A stretch of DNA of 64,000 nt, from the IMG/VR virus record IMGVR_UViG_3300022848_000777, positions 64,001-128,000 of that record. One strand, given 5' to 3'. The notes beneath the pieces were generated by a model, which did not search any database, was not told the DNA's origin, and saw nothing but the letters and a program-made list of their open reading frames with translations. Position numbers and translations under genes: made by a program. Positions 20,525 through 32,219 of the stretch are shown in pieces (within the stretch, counting starts at the first letter, position 1; the number at the start of each line of letters is the position of its first letter). The stretch is from a virus.

Positions 20525-20620
20525 GTTAACAATTCCTTAACATACTAAATTAGGATTAATCAAATCAAAACAGTACCTTTATTTTGTTGGGTTGAGGAAG
20601 TAACCTCACCAATTTAAAAT
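20525..20620 (+). repeat. promoter-hairpin module, copy B
   Basis: Exact repeat of 20178-20273. Confidence 0.95.
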
Positions 20621-20628
20621 CCAAAGAT

Positions 20629-20844
20629 ATGAATTTGATTAAAAAAGAAGTTGTTGATTATTTGAAAATGATCGATGTACAACTGTCTAATAGAATGCAA
20701 GAATTATCAGAATTGGTTATAGAAAATAACATTGAATATGTTACTATCTCCGTACTTCGAAATACACTTCCTATTGATATAGTAAAGGAAATGCAGTGTA
20801 ACGTAGTTAGTTATCTATTTCAAATAGATAATAGTAATTCTTAA
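20629..20844 (+). CDS. hypothetical protein
   Basis: 71-aa ORF downstream of the module. Confidence 0.6.
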   Translation: MNLIKKEVVDYLKMIDVQLSNRMQELSELVIENNIEYVTISVLRNTLPIDIVKEMQCNVVSYLFQIDNSNS

Positions 20845-20895
20845 CAATTCCTTAACATTGAATTTTTGATTATTCAGATATATTTCGTATCTTTA
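20841..20895 (+). promoter_or_regulatory. TTAACA-N5-TTAACA promoter module
   Basis: Tandem hexamer, TTTG and TATCTTTA. Confidence 0.8.
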
Positions 20896-20931
20896 CTATG
20901 TAATGATTGATAACCCCCAAATGATAAAAAT

Positions 20932-23046
20932 ATGATGAAAACCGATAACAAATATAGTTCCTTTTGGGCTGATTGTTTCAAACGAAATGGCAGTGGATTG
21001 GATGATGCCGAATCTAAATCGAATGATTTGATTCAAATGGCATCTTATAAAAAATCCATTGCGAACTTTGTAGCAATAACAACCAATCAAAATATCCCTG
21101 TTGAGTTCAATCTTAGAGGTGATGGTTCTTATACTGATGGTAAGGTTGTTACTATTTCAGCTAAAATGGATAACAACCATTTTGATTCTACAGTAGGATT
21201 GGCATTGCATGAAGGTAGTCATGTTAAATTAACTAATTTCGAAATATTAGTAGATCTAAATTGTAGTAGATTTCCATCGAAAATTACCGATGATTTTATT
21301 TCTGATTTGCAAGTAAAATATGGACTTGATTTATTTAAAACTAACCGTTATATAAAAGGTATTGTAAAGAACCTTTTGAATGTAGTTGAAGATAGGCGTA
21401 TTGATAATTACATCTACTCTACGGCCCCTGGTTACAAAGGATACTACCAAGCAATGTATGATAGGTACTTTAATGACCCACTTATTGATAAGGCACTTCA
21501 ATCGAATTCGAAACGAGATTTGGATTGGGATTCTTATATGTTCCACATCATCAACATTGTTAACAAAAATAGAGATCTAGATGCGTTACCAGTTCTCAGA
21601 GATGTTTTTAACTTAATTGATTTGAGAAACATCGATAGATTAAAATCCACCACCGATGCCTATGAATTGGCAGGTGAAATCTTTGTGATGATCGAAAATA
21701 GTTTACCAACCCCCGATGAAGGTGAAGGTGAAGGTGAAGGTGAAGGTGAAGGTGAAGGTGAAGGTGAAGGTGAAGGTGAAGGTGACGGTCAAGGTGAAGG
21801 TGAGGGTGAAGGTGATGAACTAGACAAATCTACTGGTAACAGTGGTGGTGGTGGTGGTGCAACTTCCAAAAATGATTCTGATGAATTAGATGATTCTGAT
21901 GGAGATTCTGATGGGGGTAAAGCTAAAACCGAAACCGAAATTGGTAACGGTAAATCAGGTGGTTCTGGTTCAGATTTGCGTGATCTAAGTAAAAGGCAAG
22001 AATCTCAACTTGAAAAAAAGATAAAGAAGCAACACGAATTTCAGAACGGTGCTGTTAAAAAAACATCAGTTACTGCGGCTGAGAAAAAACGATTGGATGT
22101 GTTATCCGAAGCTGACATTACTCAAAAAATAGCAGGTAAGGATTATGATTCTAATCATCCGTCAAGATCCAATTCAACTCCAGTTTTGATTGTTAATAAC
22201 TTAACTAAATCACTTGTTAATGGTGATGTGATTGGAATGTTATCAGATGGTTATAAAACACCTGACATGATAGAGGCGGTCAATAAAGGTGTTCAATTGG
22301 GTATGGCACTTGGGCGAAGATTGAAAGTTCGATCTGAATCTAAAAGTTTGTTTACTACTAGATTGAATGCAGGTAAGATTGATAGGCGGTTAATAAATGA
22401 AATCGGTATGGGAAATGATAAAATATTCTCTACACTGAAAGTCGAGAATCGCAAAAAGGCATTCATTCACATTAGTATTGATGCAAGTTCCTCTATGAGT
22501 GGCGGGTTGTTTAGATCAGCACAAACGACCGCAGTGGCCATCGCAAAGGCAGCTTCGATGACTAACAATATGGATGTTGTTATTTCTTATAGAGCAGTTA
22601 AGTATAATGGTTCACATGAATATCCATTGGTATTGATGGCATATGATTCTAGAAAAGATAAGTTTTCAAAAATCACATCACTTTTTAAATATATTTCACC
22701 ACATGGTACAACTCCAGAAGGTCTGTGTTTTGAAGCTATTAAAAAGCAAATAACATCAACTGTTAATCCTGATACTGATAGTTACCTATTGAATATTTCA
22801 GATGGTATGCCTGGGTTTTCAAATAAAGATGTTTACTATACAGGCACCAACGCCATTGCACATACCAGATCTCAAATTAAATCTATTGAAAGAACTGGTG
22901 TTAAGATACTATCATACTTTGTTTCCTCTTATGGTAATAATGCTCAACTTCCCGCATTTCAACAAATGTATGGCAAGGCAGCAGAAGCAATTTCTCTTAA
23001 TGAACTTCAACCATTAGCACGGTCGCTGAATAAATTGTTTGAGTAA
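20932..23046 (+). CDS. vWA-domain protein with N-terminal HExxH domain and acidic linker (CobT-like MoxR partner)
   Basis: ALHEGSH, EDRRID, MIDAS DASSSM, GTTPE and SDGMP motifs. Confidence 0.8.
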   Translation: MMKTDNKYSSFWADCFKRNGSGLDDAESKSNDLIQMASYKKSIANFVAITTNQNIPVEFNLRGDGSYTDGKVVTISAKMDNNHFDSTVGLALHEGSHVKLTNFEILVDLNCSRFPSKITDDFISDLQVKYGLDLFKTNRYIKGIVKNLLNVVEDRRIDNYIYSTAPGYKGYYQAMYDRYFNDPLIDKALQSNSKRDLDWDSYMFHIINIVNKNRDLDALPVLRDVFNLIDLRNIDRLKSTTDAYELAGEIFVMIENSLPTPDEGEGEGEGEGEGEGEGEGEGEGDGQGEGEGEGDELDKSTGNSGGGGGATSKNDSDELDDSDGDSDGGKAKTETEIGNGKSGGSGSDLRDLSKRQESQLEKKIKKQHEFQNGAVKKTSVTAAEKKRLDVLSEADITQKIAGKDYDSNHPSRSNSTPVLIVNNLTKSLVNGDVIGMLSDGYKTPDMIEAVNKGVQLGMALGRRLKVRSESKSLFTTRLNAGKIDRRLINEIGMGNDKIFSTLKVENRKKAFIHISIDASSSMSGGLFRSAQTTAVAIAKAASMTNNMDVVISYRAVKYNGSHEYPLVLMAYDSRKDKFSKITSLFKYISPHGTTPEGLCFEAIKKQITSTVNPDTDSYLLNISDGMPGFSNKDVYYTGTNAIAHTRSQIKSIERTGVKILSYFVSSYGNNAQLPAFQQMYGKAAEAISLNELQPLARSLNKLFE
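21718..21783 (+). repeat. (GAAGGT)x11 in-frame microsatellite encoding an EG linker
   Basis: 11 perfect units, degenerate continuation to about 21816. Confidence 0.95.
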
Positions 23047-23071
23047 TCTGATGGGGGTTAGATTATAAATC

Positions 23072-23102
23072 AATGAGGACATCTTCGGATGTTCTCATTT
23101 TT
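23072..23102 (+). terminator. intrinsic terminator with cUUCGg loop
   Basis: AATGAGGACATC-TTCG-GATGTTCTCATT followed by a T run. Confidence 0.85.
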
Positions 23103-23177
23103 AAAAATCTCTTAGCATTGAAAATTGGGATTAATCAAAGCAAACCCGTGAAACGCTTTATTTAAATTAACACTTAG

Positions 23178-24668
<1,491 letters not shown>

Positions 24669-24671
<3 letters not shown>

Positions 24672-24881
24672 AAGTGGGTTAAACCAAGTGAACGAAATCC
24701 AGATGGTGTTTATTCATTTAAAACTATAAGTGAATGGGTGGCGGTTAAGTTCTTTAGTGAGTACAATAAAAAAGAGGTTACAGGAAGTGCAAGATACTGC
24801 CATGACAGAAATCAGTGGTTTATATCTGGTGGTCACGTCAATGGTGAGAAAATCGTAATTGAATGGTTAGATGAGGTATAA
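24669..24881 (+). CDS. small phage protein (MKWVKPSER.P, DUF551-like)
   Basis: True start is ATG 24669, after the repeat module. Confidence 0.55.
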
Positions 24882-24911
24882 GCAATGTTAACGAATTAAA
24901 AAATTAATACT

Positions 24912-25478
24912 ATGAAAAAGCACTTTTATTTTATGTTTGATGGGATGAAATTCAAACTTGGTACGAAGCACTTAATTCTATCACCAACGAGGTCAATTTG
25001 TATTAATCATGTAGCAGCGGCAAGTATCATTAAACAATACGTTAAGGCGAAGTTCCCTGATGTGTTAGTTTCTACCGCAAGTGAGAGTTATAGTATGGGT
25101 TGTTCAGCCAGAGCTTATATTTCTCACAAAGATGGTCGAGGAATAAATAAATCTGCTTACGATGATGTTCGTAATTTTGCTAAAAAGTTTCAAATGGGTA
25201 ATTTCAATGGAATGACCGATTCATATGAGTATAATGCAGATACTCTAAGCACTGATAGTGGTATGCATATTGATGCTTACACAAAATACATCAGCGTTGA
25301 AAATGAACCAAAGTTTGGAACTGTTGCACACATTATGAACTCTATAAAAGAACGTACTTCTATTAGTTCACAATATGCAGGTGGTGCTGTTTCTTTAGAC
25401 CAAGCAATCAAGGATTGTTCTTCATTCGCATCTGATAAAATAATTCAAACCGCAGTAGCAGAACTAGAAAAATTATAA
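24912..25478 (+). CDS. LPD29-like (large polyvalent protein-associated) domain protein
   Basis: KAKFPDV..S..SE.YSMG and GNFNGMTDSYEY patterns. Confidence 0.55.
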   Translation: MKKHFYFMFDGMKFKLGTKHLILSPTRSICINHVAAASIIKQYVKAKFPDVLVSTASESYSMGCSARAYISHKDGRGINKSAYDDVRNFAKKFQMGNFNGMTDSYEYNADTLSTDSGMHIDAYTKYISVENEPKFGTVAHIMNSIKERTSISSQYAGGAVSLDQAIKDCSSFASDKIIQTAVAELEKL

Positions 25479-25664
25479 AAATATGATAGAGATAACAATT
25501 TTAGCAGCAGTAATTATTGTAGTTGTACTAAACACTATACTAGATCACTTATTTAATTGGTGGATACGGGAATGGGACGATGATTCGTGCATCGTAGTAA
25601 TTAGTGTTTATATGTTTAAATTTGTGATTTTATTTGGAATTCTATTCGAAATATTAAAATAGAT

Positions 25665-26117
25665 ATGAATATAGATACATCTGTAGAATTTGAGGTAGCT
25701 AAATTAGCAAAAGAACATGGATTTGATTGGAGAACCCGATGGTATTATCAGCATGCATTAACAGAACGGATTCATCCCGAAGATGGTGCAGCAGGGCCAT
25801 TTGGATGGAAACTTGGTGAAACTAGCCTACAGATTGGGCATTTTATTAATTTCTGTAAACTTAGTGATTTAACTAATGAAAGTTGGTTTCAATGTTCAGC
25901 ACCATATAGGCATGAAATTGAAAATTGGCTTAGAGTAGAATGTGGTATTCACTTGATGCATCGACCATTTTTTGATTCCATAGATGGTGATAAATATGTA
26001 TGTGATGTTATCAGACGATGTGATGGTAGGGTAATAAAATCAAGTCGATATGGTGATTATGTAGATGCATTTGATGAGGGATTGTTGAATTCATTCAAGC
26101 TGATTGCATTAAAATAA
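25665..26117 (+). CDS. hypothetical protein, paralog of 43585-43992
   Basis: Shared FE.A(K/R)LAKE.GF, AP...WLR and Y..A..GL motifs. Confidence 0.7.
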   Translation: MNIDTSVEFEVAKLAKEHGFDWRTRWYYQHALTERIHPEDGAAGPFGWKLGETSLQIGHFINFCKLSDLTNESWFQCSAPYRHEIENWLRVECGIHLMHRPFFDSIDGDKYVCDVIRRCDGRVIKSSRYGDYVDAFDEGLLNSFKLIALK

Positions 26118-26157
26118 CATTCTAAATTAGGAATTCTAATCTATAATTCGTATATTG
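26115..26157 (+). promoter_or_regulatory. Bacteroidota-type promoter with a single TAACA
   Basis: TAACA, TTAGG and CGTATATTG at module spacing. Confidence 0.7.
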
Positions 26158-26192
26158 TACTTGTAATAAGTGATGATAACGAAACAAAATAA

Positions 26193-26663
26193 ATGAAAAA
26201 AATTGTATATTTCGACATGGATGGCGTACTAGTCGATTTCAAATCCGCCATTGATAAACTAAAAATCAGAGATGAACTTATCGTTCAAAAATATGGAGAT
26301 GATGTTGATAATATACCTGGCATTTTCTCAATGATGGAACCGATTGTGGAAATGGTTGATCTATTCAACCGTATGGTATGTGATGATAAATTCGATTGTT
26401 ATGTACTTTCTACACCACCTTGGGGCAATCCCTCTGCTTGGACTGACAAACTAATTTGGATTAAAAAATACCTTCCTCTAGCTCACAAACGACTAATACT
26501 ATCACATAATAAAAACCTATGTGCTGGTGATTATTTGATAGATGATCGAACGGCAAATGGGGTAGGTCAATTCAAAGGTAAACTTATTCAGTATGGTGCA
26601 TCTGATTTCCAAAACGCATCTCACGTCGAAGATTATATATATAGCAATGAAGAAGCATATTAG
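26193..26663 (+). CDS. 5'(3')-deoxyribonucleotidase (HAD, NT5C-like)
   Basis: FDMDGVL, LST, K..W and YLIDD motifs. Confidence 0.85.
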   Translation: MKKIVYFDMDGVLVDFKSAIDKLKIRDELIVQKYGDDVDNIPGIFSMMEPIVEMVDLFNRMVCDDKFDCYVLSTPPWGNPSAWTDKLIWIKKYLPLAHKRLILSHNKNLCAGDYLIDDRTANGVGQFKGKLIQYGASDFQNASHVEDYIYSNEEAY

Positions 26664-27687
26664 TTACCCAAAAATTCCTCAATTTAGAAACATAGTTTCA
26701 AATATTAATAGAGAAGTTGCATTTACTGGCTTAGATGCAAATGGTGATGCTATTTACGATCCATCAATTAAAAAACCCACTTTAACATTTAAAGGAACCG
26801 TTAAATTACATGGAACTAATGCAGGTGTTTGTTTTAATTCTGAAAATGGATTTTGGATACAATCCAGAGAGAACATAATTACAGTTGAAAAAGATAATGC
26901 TGGTTTTGCATTTTTTGCAGAAGGCTATAAAATACAACTATGTTCTTTATTAGATGATTTAATTGATGAAAACCAAATAGACACTAAAATATATACGGTT
27001 TCCATTTATGGTGAGTGGGCAGGAAAGGGTATTCAAAAAGGTGTGGGTATATCTCAATTAGAGAAAGCATTTTATGTGTTTGGTGTGAAAATATCCAAAA
27101 CAAATGATCCTAAGTTTAATGCATATTGGATTGATTCAAGTAATGTTAGAAATGTAGAATATCGAATATTCAACGTAGAAGATTATGAAACATATTCTGT
27201 TGATGTAGACCTTAATATGCCGCAATTGGCTCAAAATAAGTTTGCTGAGATAACTAATACGGTAGAAGATGAATGTCCAATATCTAAGGCGTTTGGTATT
27301 GATAATGGATTAGGTGAGGGTGTCGTATGGAGTACTGAATACAAAGGAACCGTTCATAGATTTAAAGTAAAGGGTGATAAGCATTCAGTAACAAAAGTTA
27401 AAAAGCTTGCCAGCATCGATGTCGAAAAGTTAAACTCAATTCAGGATTTTGTTGAATATTCTGTTACTGAAAATAGATTTAATCAAGCCATCGAAATCGT
27501 TTTTGGTAAGGAACCATTGGATGTAAGAAAAATGGGTGATTTTATAAGGTGGGTTGTTAATGATATTTCATCAGAAGAAATGGACACAATGATAAAAAAC
27601 GGATTAGAGCCGAAAGATGTGAATAAGTACATATCTAATAAAGTTAGAGAAATGTTCTTTGAAGCACAAAATTCACGTGAATTTTAA
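26647..27687 (+). CDS. Rnl2-like ATP-dependent RNA ligase
   Basis: KLHGTN (motif I), QSR, YGEW, GEGVV and FKVK; start moved to ATG 26647. Confidence 0.8.
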   Translation: MKKHISYPKIPQFRNIVSNINREVAFTGLDANGDAIYDPSIKKPTLTFKGTVKLHGTNAGVCFNSENGFWIQSRENIITVEKDNAGFAFFAEGYKIQLCSLLDDLIDENQIDTKIYTVSIYGEWAGKGIQKGVGISQLEKAFYVFGVKISKTNDPKFNAYWIDSSNVRNVEYRIFNVEDYETYSVDVDLNMPQLAQNKFAEITNTVEDECPISKAFGIDNGLGEGVVWSTEYKGTVHRFKVKGDKHSVTKVKKLASIDVEKLNSIQDFVEYSVTENRFNQAIEIVFGKEPLDVRKMGDFIRWVVNDISSEEMDTMIKNGLEPKDVNKYISNKVREMFFEAQNSREF

Positions 27688-27727
27688 TACTTAACTACAT
27701 TTTAAATGGCAGTTATAAAATCAAAAA

Positions 27728-28207
27728 ATGAAAGTAGTTAGGAATGTAAATAAAGGTAAACGTAGGACACGTAAGCACCATTACACCATTGGCACCGCAG
27801 TTGTTTTCAAATGGGATGGGTTTAGGGATTATGGGTACATCGGTGATCTAACTAATACCAACGATGGTTATTCGACATACACAATTAGATCAACTGGTTC
27901 AATTGGTTGCATATACCATGAAATGGAAATGGATGATGCGAGTGATCCATATAGCTATCTATCATCAATTTTAACTAAATCAATATCGCAGAGGGAATTG
28001 GATAATATATCCAAACATAAACAAAATCGAATAGAACTCACAAAATCTGGTACTCCAGGTGAAATATTCACAAGATTTAAAGTTAAAAAGAACTCAACTA
28101 CTAAAAAGAAAAAAACTATTAAAAAGAGCACCAAATCGGAGTTAGATGCGGCCATTCAAAAGCAGAAAGATTTTATTGATGGTAGTGTCAATAAGTTTTG
28201 GAATTGA
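27728..28207 (+). CDS. hypothetical protein
   Basis: 159-aa ORF. Confidence 0.65.
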   Translation: MKVVRNVNKGKRRTRKHHYTIGTAVVFKWDGFRDYGYIGDLTNTNDGYSTYTIRSTGSIGCIYHEMEMDDASDPYSYLSSILTKSISQRELDNISKHKQNRIELTKSGTPGEIFTRFKVKKNSTTKKKKTIKKSTKSELDAAIQKQKDFIDGSVNKFWN

Positions 28208-28231
28208 TTTAATTTTGATATTTATAGGTAT

Positions 28232-28837
28232 ATGAGTGAATGGAAAAAAGGACAAATACTATCTAATGGGTATGTTATAGGTAAAGGTAGGACACCACTG
28301 AACCTAACAGAAGCTCAAATTAGATATGCTATGAAGAATAGTAAATCAAACTCAGAGGCAGCTAGGTTTCTTAATGTATCGACATCTACGTATTGGAAAT
28401 ATTCAAGACAATATACAGATGAAGAAAGTGGAGAAACTTTATGGGCAGTCCATAGTAATAAGACAGGTAAGGGTGTAAAACGAACGTATATCAATTCTAA
28501 ATACAACTTGAATGATATATTAGAAGGTAAGCATCCAAATTACCCTGTTTATAAATTGAAACAACGGTTAATAAAGAATTCCCATGTTATAAACTTCCCA
28601 TATGAGTGCCATAATTGTAGGTATAATGAAAAAAGAATCATAGATGATAAAATGCCATTGGTGTTAGATCATTTAGATGATGATTGGCATAATCATAGAA
28701 GAGAAAACATCAGATTTCTATGTTACAATTGCTATCATAATTTAAAAGGTAATTTGCGTGGAAGTCAACCACAATGGAGAATCGCGCAAATCACACAAGC
28801 AAAGAAAACATCAGAAAACAAAAATAAAAAAAGTTAA
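28232..28837 (+). CDS. HNH endonuclease with N-terminal HTH
   Basis: SNSEAARFLNVS; CHNC, LDH..D..HN, NIRFLCYNC. Confidence 0.75.
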   Translation: MSEWKKGQILSNGYVIGKGRTPLNLTEAQIRYAMKNSKSNSEAARFLNVSTSTYWKYSRQYTDEESGETLWAVHSNKTGKGVKRTYINSKYNLNDILEGKHPNYPVYKLKQRLIKNSHVINFPYECHNCRYNEKRIIDDKMPLVLDHLDDDWHNHRRENIRFLCYNCYHNLKGNLRGSQPQWRIAQITQAKKTSENKNKKS

Positions 28838-28843
28838 AATAAA

Positions 28844-28874
28844 TTTGGAAAATCGGAATAGATTCCGTATATTG
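28844..28874 (+). promoter_or_regulatory. promoter for groEL
   Basis: TTTGG, then CGTATATTG at module spacing. Confidence 0.7.
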
Positions 28875-28921
28875 TGAGAAGAATTTAATACTTATTAATA
28901 AACAACAAAAAAAGAAGTTAT

Positions 28922-30550
28922 ATGCATAAACAAGTTATATCAGGAGATTCAGCGAGAGCTAAGCTATTAGAGGGTGTTAATGATTTAGCAAATACCGTAG
29001 GTGGTACATTAGGGCCCAGAGGGCGAAATGTTATTATACAAAAGAAAAACGGAAGTCCGTATATCACCAAAGATGGTGTAACTGTAGCTAAAGAAATATC
29101 ATTCGAAGATGCAGCTAAGAACTTAGGTTCTGAGGCGATTAAGGAAGCTGCACAACAAACCGCAGATGCAGCGGGGGATGGAACTACAACCTCAACTGTT
29201 TTGGCTCAAGCAATATTCAAAAATGGTTTTGAACTGGTTGAAGCTGGTGCAAACCCAATTGAACTTAAACGTGGTATGGATATCGCAGTATCTCATATTG
29301 TTAGAGAATTGAAGTCGATGTCTAAGAAAATTGATTCAAATGATTTCTTACAATCAATCGCTACTATTTCAGCAAATAATGATTCTGCAATTGGAGAAAT
29401 GATCGCAGAAGCACTTAGTGAAGTTGGAAGGGATGGTATCATATCAGTACAAGAGGGTTCTTCTAATGAAACTGAGTTAGAAATCGTAGAGGGGCTTGAA
29501 TTTGATAGGGGATATCTTTCACACTTTTTTATGAATGATAAAGATAAGTTGGCTTGTATACTATCCAATGTTAAGGTATTGTTATTTGATGGATCTATAT
29601 CAAATATGGATGATGTTATACCATTATTAGAAACATGCCACGGTAAGGGTGATGCAATTGCAATAATTGCACATAATGTGGAAGGGCAGGCACTCGCTAC
29701 TATGGTAGTAAATGCAGCAAGGGCTGGATTGCAAGTTGTAGCCGTAAAAGCTCCTGGCTTCGGATCAGATAGAACTGAGATTCTAAAGGATATGGCGGCT
29801 CTCACAGGTGCTACTTTAATATCAAAGGAAATTGGTATAGGGATGGATGAGGTAACGTATGACCACTTAGGGCAATGTGATAGAATTGTATCACAAAAAA
29901 CTAAGACTGCTCTTATCGGTGGTAAAGGTACTGCCGATTCTATTAATGATAGAGTTGAATTTATTAAGAAACAAAAAGATAAATCAGATTCAGATTTCGA
30001 AAAAGGTAAGTTGGAGAGTAGATTATCTAAGTTAGTTGGTGGTGTTGCTATAATTAAAGTCGGTGCTCAATCTGAAATTGAAATGAAGGAGAAGAAAGAT
30101 AGAACTGATGATGCTGTTTTAGCAATCAAAGCTGCTATCGAAGAAGGAATTGTGCCAGGTGGTGGATCTGCCTTACTTCATTGTATGCAGTGTGCAGATG
30201 GGAGTTTATTAACACGAGATAAATTAAAGGGATATGATATCGTATTCGAAGCATGTAAGGCTCCATTTAAGAGAATAATGGAGAACGCTGGGTTAGACTC
30301 TTCCCAATTACTCAATGAATTTGATTTAATTAATCGAAGTCTTGATAGTACTAATTCAATGGGTTATGATGTTGTATCTGAAAAGTTTACCGATTTAGTG
30401 GTATTAGGTATAATCGATCCAACTAAAGTGACTCGTACTGCACTTGAGAAAGCAGTGTCGGTTGCAGGTACATTGCTAACTACCGAATCGATGGTAATAT
30501 TCGATAAAGAATCAGAAGAAAAAACAAATAACAATTCAATAGATCAATAA
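28922..30550 (+). CDS. groEL: chaperonin GroEL (no GGM tail)
   Basis: TLGPRGRNV, ITKDGVTVA, AGDGTTT, KAPGFG, GIVPGGG and IIDPTKVTR motifs. Confidence 0.97.
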   Translation: MHKQVISGDSARAKLLEGVNDLANTVGGTLGPRGRNVIIQKKNGSPYITKDGVTVAKEISFEDAAKNLGSEAIKEAAQQTADAAGDGTTTSTVLAQAIFKNGFELVEAGANPIELKRGMDIAVSHIVRELKSMSKKIDSNDFLQSIATISANNDSAIGEMIAEALSEVGRDGIISVQEGSSNETELEIVEGLEFDRGYLSHFFMNDKDKLACILSNVKVLLFDGSISNMDDVIPLLETCHGKGDAIAIIAHNVEGQALATMVVNAARAGLQVVAVKAPGFGSDRTEILKDMAALTGATLISKEIGIGMDEVTYDHLGQCDRIVSQKTKTALIGGKGTADSINDRVEFIKKQKDKSDSDFEKGKLESRLSKLVGGVAIIKVGAQSEIEMKEKKDRTDDAVLAIKAAIEEGIVPGGGSALLHCMQCADGSLLTRDKLKGYDIVFEACKAPFKRIMENAGLDSSQLLNEFDLINRSLDSTNSMGYDVVSEKFTDLVVLGIIDPTKVTRTALEKAVSVAGTLLTTESMVIFDKESEEKTNNNSIDQ

Positions 30551-30563
30551 TTAAACAAAACAC

Positions 30564-31157
30564 ATGAAAGCTTTAAAACAAATAGTATCTTACATTAATT
30601 GGCAACAATTCGCAATGTCTGACTCACACTATAAATTACCTAAAACACTATGTTCAACCTTTTGGTTAACATTGATTGGGGTAATTACAATACCACTAAC
30701 TTGGATAGGTAATTTTTGGAATCTCATACGATGTAGATTCAGAATCGGATACCAAGATAACGACAAAATTAATTTTGTGGCAGGGGCTGGTATTAATCTT
30801 GTATTAGTCGCGTTTGGAAAACTTTTAGATATTCTAGCATATCCCGCCTATAATATAATCACAGAGGTTGAGTTTTTGGCGAGCCCATTGTTAGGTTACT
30901 TTAAATTAATTGGAAGTGGTCTTTTATTTTGTATTCCATTTGGTATTACTATACTATTACTTTATCTTTTTATTGCAGGTATAATATCTATTGCAAGCTG
31001 GATATCTAATTTCTTTGAAGATAAGAATATCGGTTCCAAATCAGATAAAGATAGTAATCTAATTGCATCTACTTTAAAAGGAATGCATTCCATTAAGAAT
31101 AAATATTGTCCAATTATTGAATGGGATGATGTTATAAAGAGTGATAAATACAAATGA
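30564..31157 (+). CDS. membrane protein
   Basis: Several long hydrophobic segments. Confidence 0.65.
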   Translation: MKALKQIVSYINWQQFAMSDSHYKLPKTLCSTFWLTLIGVITIPLTWIGNFWNLIRCRFRIGYQDNDKINFVAGAGINLVLVAFGKLLDILAYPAYNIITEVEFLASPLLGYFKLIGSGLLFCIPFGITILLLYLFIAGIISIASWISNFFEDKNIGSKSDKDSNLIASTLKGMHSIKNKYCPIIEWDDVIKSDKYK

Positions 31158-32215
31158 ACAATTTAGATGAAACATATCAAATCCTATTAACTGACATCTT
31201 AGAACATGGTGTTACTAAAGAAGATAGGACTGGTACAGGAACTCTTAGTGTATTTGGAAGGCAAATCAGACATAAAATGTCTGATGGCTTTCCATTACTT
31301 ACTACTAAGAAAATGGCTTGGAAACAAATCGTAACTGAATTGCTATGGTTTTTAAGAGGTGATACAAATATTCAATCTTTACTGAAAGATGGTAATAATA
31401 TTTGGGTAGGTGATGCTTATAAGAAATACCAAGGAAATCAATTAAAAGGTAAGAATGTAGATAAAGTATTATCAAAAGAAGAATTCATTAACAAAATCAA
31501 AACAGATGATGAATTTGCAAAAATGTGGGGTGAATTGGGCCCTATCTATGGTAAGCAGTGGAGAGATTGGGGAAGTGGGATTGACCAAATTCAAAATCTA
31601 ATCAATGATCTAAACAACAATCCTGATAGTAGAAGAATGGTGGTTAATGCTTGGAACGTATCTGATATCGATAAAATGACATTACCACCATGTCACTATG
31701 GTTTTCAAGTTTATACAAGGGAATTAAGTACTCAAGAAAGATGGGATTATTATAGAAATGGAGCTCATGGTAGACCTATTAAAATGGTTAATTTCATTAT
31801 CAACAGAGATGAAAAAGATAATTCCCACATTCGTGTTTGGTTAGATAGATATGCTGACTTTGCCCCAACAAGAGCAATATCCTTAATGTGGAATCAACGG
31901 TCAGTTGATACATTCTTAGGTTTACCATTTAATATAGCATCTTATGGGTTGTTATTAGAGATTTTGGCTAAAATGGTGAATATGGTACCCGAAGAATTAA
32001 TTGGTAACTTAGGTGACACGCATCTCTATTCAAATCACATAGATGCTGCAACAGAATTACTTTCTAGAAAGAATAAATATAAATTACCTAAGTTAGATAT
32101 TAAACTTCATATGCTAAATGTTCCCTCATTCAAACCTGAGTGGTGGGTGTATGATGATTTTGAAATCCAAGGTTATGAATCATATCCGTCTATTAAAGCA
32201 AAGTTATCTAACTGA
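31154..32215 (+). CDS. thyA: thymidylate synthase
   Basis: DRTGTGT, FPLLTTKK, LGPIYGKQWR, LPPCH and QRSVDTFLGLPFN motifs. Confidence 0.97.
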   Translation: MNNLDETYQILLTDILEHGVTKEDRTGTGTLSVFGRQIRHKMSDGFPLLTTKKMAWKQIVTELLWFLRGDTNIQSLLKDGNNIWVGDAYKKYQGNQLKGKNVDKVLSKEEFINKIKTDDEFAKMWGELGPIYGKQWRDWGSGIDQIQNLINDLNNNPDSRRMVVNAWNVSDIDKMTLPPCHYGFQVYTRELSTQERWDYYRNGAHGRPIKMVNFIINRDEKDNSHIRVWLDRYADFAPTRAISLMWNQRSVDTFLGLPFNIASYGLLLEILAKMVNMVPEELIGNLGDTHLYSNHIDAATELLSRKNKYKLPKLDIKLHMLNVPSFKPEWWVYDDFEIQGYESYPSIKAKLSN

Positions 32216-32219
32216 TATA

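Noticed and set aside
23101-23150. Functional promoter module upstream of rtcB
   Set aside because: The hexamers are degenerate and no -7 box lies at the expected position; probably a remnant
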